In this document: positions 58,497 to 64,000 of the stretch, piece by piece
Layout of the letters: every line of letters begins with the position of its first letter
How positions within the stretch are numbered: position 1 is the stretch's first letter
Assembly: GCA_963818475.1 (NCBI GenBank)
Contig: CAWFSF010000006.1
Location: 1 to 64,000 of the forward strand
Length of the DNA stretch: 64,000 bases
Source: Nitrospirota bacterium
Lineage (GTDB): Bacteria > Nitrospirota > UBA9217
Direction of reading: 5' to 3'
Notes under the pieces: generated by a model
The model's database searches: none
Told to the model about the DNA's origin: nothing
Seen by the model: only the letters and a program-made list of their open reading frames with translations
Position numbers and translations under genes: made by a program

Positions 58497-59249
58497 ATGG
58501 CAGCAAAAAGTTCCTCTGTCGTCCCGCATCCCGCCGGACGGCGCCGCTTCCTGCTCGTGGTGGACAGCGATGTAAAAGAACTCTTTTATACGTCCACGCT
58601 TCTTCAGCGGTTCCAATACAACATCTGGACCGCTCAAAACGCAGCGGCGGCATTGGAATTGGCAACCATTGCGGTGCCGGACCTCATTGTTATCGCTCAA
58701 TTCCTCGACGACCTGCCCGGCCTCGAGCTTATACAACAGCTCCGGCGGATCGACCAGGTCCGCAAGGTTCCCCTTGTCGTCCTCACCCGGAAAACCGATC
58801 CCGCAAATGAGCGGGACTGCCTCTTCGCTGGAGCGCTCACCTGCCTCTCCGTGCCGGTCCAGGCGGAAGACCTGTACCGGGTGATTCAGGTGGCCATCGA
58901 ACCCATGCCGCGCATGAACATCCGGATCAACACCAGCTTATCGGTGACCGTAAACAACAAGACCGTCGAGTGTACCGCGGGCGAGTGCGCATCGGTCCTG
59001 TCCGAACACGGGTTGTATGTCCGCACGCTCGACCCTTATCCTTTGAACACCAAGCTTCCCGTCCAGGTCCATCTTGCAGGAAGGACCATCGCTGCCGATA
59101 CCGTGGTCATTTACAGCCACCAGGCCGGCAACGACCCCGGGGACGAACCAGGCATGGGACTTCAGTTCACAAAGATCTCCCGGGAGGACCAGAAGCGCAT
59201 ACGGCACTTTATCAGGGACGAGCTCACCAAGGGCATCGACGTACGGTGA
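58497..59249 (+). CDS. pseudo-receiver + PilZ domain protein
   Basis: REC-like fold without the phosphoacceptor Asp. RMNIR motif, LSEHG and PGMGLQF. Confidence 0.85.
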   Translation: MAAKSSSVVPHPAGRRRFLLVVDSDVKELFYTSTLLQRFQYNIWTAQNAAAALELATIAVPDLIVIAQFLDDLPGLELIQQLRRIDQVRKVPLVVLTRKTDPANERDCLFAGALTCLSVPVQAEDLYRVIQVAIEPMPRMNIRINTSLSVTVNNKTVECTAGECASVLSEHGLYVRTLDPYPLNTKLPVQVHLAGRTIAADTVVIYSHQAGNDPGDEPGMGLQFTKISREDQKRIRHFIRDELTKGIDVR

Positions 59250-59500
59250 CACTCTAGAATAACAAATGGCGATTGCCCGCGCAGCGAGGGTGGCCATAGC
59301 GTCTTAACAATCGATTACGCAGCGATAGACCCCCCCTCTCTTCTGCATTCATCTCATCACTTCAGCATATTCGCCGCACTGTATTTCTTTCTGTGTCCAC
59401 AGCGCTGTCGTGTTGGTGCTTATATTCTCGTCACCTGCAATCTATCTTATTCATTACCGTTTTCATTCCATTTGCCCTCCGCACGTCAATAACCCTTTAA

Positions 59501-60412
<912 letters not shown>

Positions 60413-60578
60413 CTACGGCAAGCACCAATATACGAATATACGAAATCCCAAATAATGTCGAAATTTAAAATTCAAATGGGTCAAACGTTTGGAATTTTCG
60501 GATTGAATATTGGAGCTTATTTGGGATCTTGGTGCCTTCGGATTTGCGAATTTTACGGTTGATGAGTAGGAGATTCCC

Positions 60579-62007
60579 ATGAGCACAAAAATTAAAGACA
60601 CCCAGAAAGATGATCGAGGAGGTCCTGGATGCCTACCCGGAGAAGTCGAAGAAGGACCGGGCGAAACATCTGGCTGCCAACGACCCGACGGGACAGTGCA
60701 GCACCTGCCAGGTGAAGGCGAACGTCAAATCCCGGCCGGGCGTCATGACCGTGCGCGGCTGCGCGTACGCCGGCGCCAAGGGCGTGGTCTGGGGGCCGGT
60801 GAAGGACCAGATCACGATCAGCCACGGCCCCATCGGCTGCGGCCAGTACTCCTGGTGGTCGCGCAGGAACTACTACAACGGCCAGACCGGCATCGACGCC
60901 TTCGGCACCATGCATATTACGACGGACTTCCAGGAAAAGAACATCGTCTACGGCGGCGACAAGGGGCTTGACCTGGCGATCAAGGAGCTGCACGGGCTCT
61001 TCCCGCTCGGCCGCGGCATCGGCATCCTGTCCGAATGCCCGGTGGGGCTGATCGGCGACGACATCGAAGCGGTCTCGAAGCGCGTGGCCAAGGAGATCAA
61101 CATCCCCATCGTGCCGGTGCGGTGCGAAGGCTTCCGCGGCGTGTCCCAGTCCCTGGGCCATCACATCGCGAACGATACGATCAAGGATTATGTGCTCGGC
61201 AAGGGCACGCTCGAAAAGACCACGCCCTACGACGTGAACCTCATCGGCGACTACAATATCGGCGGCGACGCCTGGGCCTCGCGCAAGATACTGGAGGAGA
61301 TGGGCCTCCGGGTCATCGCCCAGTACACGGGCGATTCCACGATCAACGAGCTCGGCATCGCGAGCAAGGCCAAGCTGAACCTGATCCACTGCTACCGGTC
61401 CATGAACTATATCTGCCGGACCATGGAAGAGAACTACGGCATTCCCTGGATGGAGTTCAATTTCTTCGGTCCCACGAAGACCTTTGACAGCATCAGGAAG
61501 ATCGCCGCCAGGTTCGACGAAAAGATCCAGAAGAACGCCGAGGCGGTGATCGCCAAGTACACGCCGCTCATGGAAAAGGTGGTGGCGCAGTACCGGCCGA
61601 AGCTGGAAGGCAAGAAGGTGATGCTCTACGTCGGCGGCCTCCGGCCGCGCCACACCATCGGCGCCTACGAGGACCTGGGCATGGAAGTCGTTGCTTCAGG
61701 CTACGAGTTCGGCCACACCGACGATTACAAACGCACCTATCCGGAAATGAAGGAAGGCGCGGTGATCATGGACGACGCGACCTTGTATGAGCTGGAAGAG
61801 TTCACCCGCAGGCTGAAGCCGGACATGGTCGGCTCGGGCATCAAGGAGAAGTATTCGTACCACAAGCTCGGCGTGCCGTTCCGGCAGATGCATTCCTGGG
61901 ACTACTCGGGCCCCTATCATGGGTTCGACGGGTTCCCGGTCTTCGCGCGGGACATGGATATGACGGTGAACAGCCCGACGTGGGGGTTGATACGGAGAAA
62001 GAAGTAA
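60579..62007 (+). CDS. nifD: nitrogenase MoFe protein alpha chain
   Basis: P-cluster cysteines in RGCAYAG, GPIGCG and SECP. FeMo-co ligands in HCYRSMNY and QMHSWDY. One frameshift ~10 codons after the start. Confidence 0.97.
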
Positions 62008-62016
62008 AAGATCAGT

Positions 62017-62150
62017 TTACCACGGAGGCACGGAGACACGGAGAAAGTCAAATTCTGACACGGATTTACACGGATAACAGCTATGAAGCGGCATGATAAG
62101 GCAAGGATGTATCCTGAAAATCATAGCTTTTATCCGCCTCTTCCGTGTCG
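62017..62150. repeat. intergenic REP-like CACGGAG repeat
   Basis: ACCACGGAGGCACGGAGACACGGAGA, also found at 63720. Followed by CACGGATTTACACGGAT. Confidence 0.7.
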
Positions 62151-62195
62151 AAGTTCTGCTGGTTTTAGGGGTTAATAAAGTTTGGAGGATTCATC

Positions 62196-63702
62196 ATGAA
62201 GATCAGAGACCATAGCGAGCTGTTCAAGCAGCAGGACTATCAGGAGCAGTTCGAACGCAAAAAGGAGTTCGAGAACCCCTGGCCTGCCGAGAAGGTGAAG
62301 GAGATCTCGGACTGGACCAAGACCGAGGCGTACAAGGAGCTCAATTTCAAGCGGGAGAACATCAAGATCAATCCCGCCAAGGCCTGTCAGCCTCTCGGCG
62401 CGGTGTTCTGCGCTTCGGGTTTCGAAGGCACCATGCCGTTCGTGCAGGGCGCCCAGGGTTGCGTGGCCTATTTCCGGAGCCACCTCTCCCGCCACTTCAA
62501 GGAACCCTTTGCCGCGATCTCCACGTCCATGACGGAGGATGCGGCGGTGTTCGGCGGGCTGAACAACATGCTCGAAGGCCTGGAAAACACCAATGCCCTG
62601 TACAAGCCCAAAATGATCGCGGTCTCAACGACCTGCATGGCGGAGGTGATCGGCGACGACCTCAACTCCTATATCAAGACGGCGAAGGAGAAGGGCGTCG
62701 TTCCCCAGGACCTGCTCATCCCTTTTGCAAACACTCCGAGCTTTGTGGGTTCCCACATCGTGGGCTATGACAACATGATGCGGGGGATCCTGAAAGCGCT
62801 CTGGGCAGGCAAAAAAGGCGAATCGAACGGGAAGATCAACATCATCCCGGGCTTCGATACCTATACCGGGAACTACCACGAGATCAAGCGGCTCATGAGC
62901 CTTGATGGGCATCGAGGCAACGGTGCTTGCCGACGTGAGCGATACCTTTGACTCGCCGAACACGGGCGAGTACAAGCTCTATCCCGGCGGCACGCCGCTT
63001 GCTGACGCCATGGACGGGGTGAATGCGCTGGCCACGGTGGCGCTCCAGAAGTATTCGACCGTGAAGACCACGGATTACATCCAGAAGGAGTGGGGGCAGA
63101 AGACGCTCACGCTTTCGCCCATCGGCATCAGGAACACCGATGCGTTCTTTGCGGAGCTCTCCAAGATCACGGGCAAGCCGGTCCCGGCCGAGGTCGAAGC
63201 GGAGCGCGGCAGGGTGGTGGACGCCATGGTGGATTCCCATCCCTACGTCCACGGCAAGCGGTTCGCCCTGGTCGGCGATCCGGACATCCTGCTCGGCATG
63301 ATGAGCCTCATCATGGAGATGGGCGGCGAGCCGGTGCATGTGGTCTGCACCAACGGGGACAAGCATTTCGAGGCAGAGGCGAAGGAGCTGCTCGCTTCAT
63401 CTCCTTTCGGAGCGAATGGCACGGTCTACGCGGGCAAGGACATGTGGCATCTCCGCTCGCTCCTGTTCACGGACCCCGTGGACGTCCTGATCGGCAACTC
63501 CTATGCAAAGTTCCTGACGCAGGACACGGGAACGCCGCTGGTGCGCATCGGGTTCCCGCTCTTCGACCGGCATCATCTCCACCGCCAGCCGATCATCGGA
63601 TACCAGGGCGCATTGAACCTGGTGACCATGCTGGTGAACACGGTGCTGGACGAACTGGACCGGAAGACCGAGGGGTCGGCGAGCTTTGATGTGATTCGTT
63701 AA
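62196..63702 (+). CDS. nifK: nitrogenase MoFe protein beta chain, one frameshift near 62900
   Basis: [39 protein letters not shown] and [10 protein letters not shown]. Confidence 0.96.
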
Positions 63703-63719
63703 GAAGGGCAACAGCATTC

Positions 63720-63835
63720 ACCACGGAGGCACGGAGACACGGAGAACGGCAGAGAGAGCCATAAACCTGAGCTTGGGTTTTTAAACCAAAAAATTAAAGA
63801 ATTTGACTCTCTCCGTGTCTCCGTGCCTCCGTGGT
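63720..63835. repeat. perfect 26-bp inverted repeat (REP-like)
   Basis: ACCACGGAGGCACGGAGACACGGAGA (63720-63745) and its exact reverse complement (63810-63835). Confidence 0.85.
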
Positions 63836-63872
63836 AAAAAAGGTTTAAAAGTTGTTGGGCGAAGGTGATCCC

Positions 63873-64000
63873 ATGCACGACATCGCACTGGCAGGCATAT
63901 ATTTCTTCATGATCGCGCTGCTCTATTCAACGGTAGGACACGCGGGAGCTTCCGGGTATCTGGCGACGATGGCGCTTCTATCGTTCAGTCCGGAGGTGAT
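63873..64000 (+). CDS. TauE/SafE (TSUP) family transporter, N-terminus running off the window
   Basis: MHDIALAGIYFFMIALLYSTVGHAGASGYLATMALL; the LYS.VGH.GASGY pattern is typical of this family. Confidence 0.8.
   Translation, partial: MHDIALAGIYFFMIALLYSTVGHAGASGYLATMALLSFSPEV

Noticed and set aside
59340-59460. NifA upstream activator site (TGT-N10-ACA)
   Set aside because: Several TGT triplets and an ACAGCGCTGT palindrome are present, but I found no correctly spaced TGT-N10-ACA.
60592-61653. Long antisense ORFs opposite nifD, nifH, the PDRP gene and others
   Set aside because: Expected shadow ORFs from GC-rich codon usage, with no recognisable motifs.

Overview
The window appears to contain two genomes. 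Bases 1 to ~57,048 look like a Methanomicrobiales-type methanogen chromosome (archaellin, PGF-CTERM surface protein, ADP-dependent sugar kinase, archaeal-type PRK, cupin PGI). This part carries a four-part NHEJ locus (LigD polymerase, Ku, ligase, start of a phosphoesterase), stress genes, a soluble LonC-like protease, a HAMP/roadblock module and a 13-kb glycogen cluster with phosphoribulokinase embedded in it. It also has about seven copies of a hairpin-rich MITE-like element. From ~57,049 the sequence is bacterial: a truncated aspS, a PDRP kinase, a pseudo-receiver/PilZ protein, a sigma-54 promoter, nifH-nifD-nifK and the start of a TauE/SafE gene. The switch falls on a GATC (GGATCC) inside aspS, which points to a ligation or assembly chimera rather than nif transfer into an archaeon. 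Single-base frameshifts break many genes on both sides. I read these as uncorrected long-read errors, so gene boundaries given for broken genes are reconstructed and approximate. All calls come from motif recognition by eye; no searches were run.
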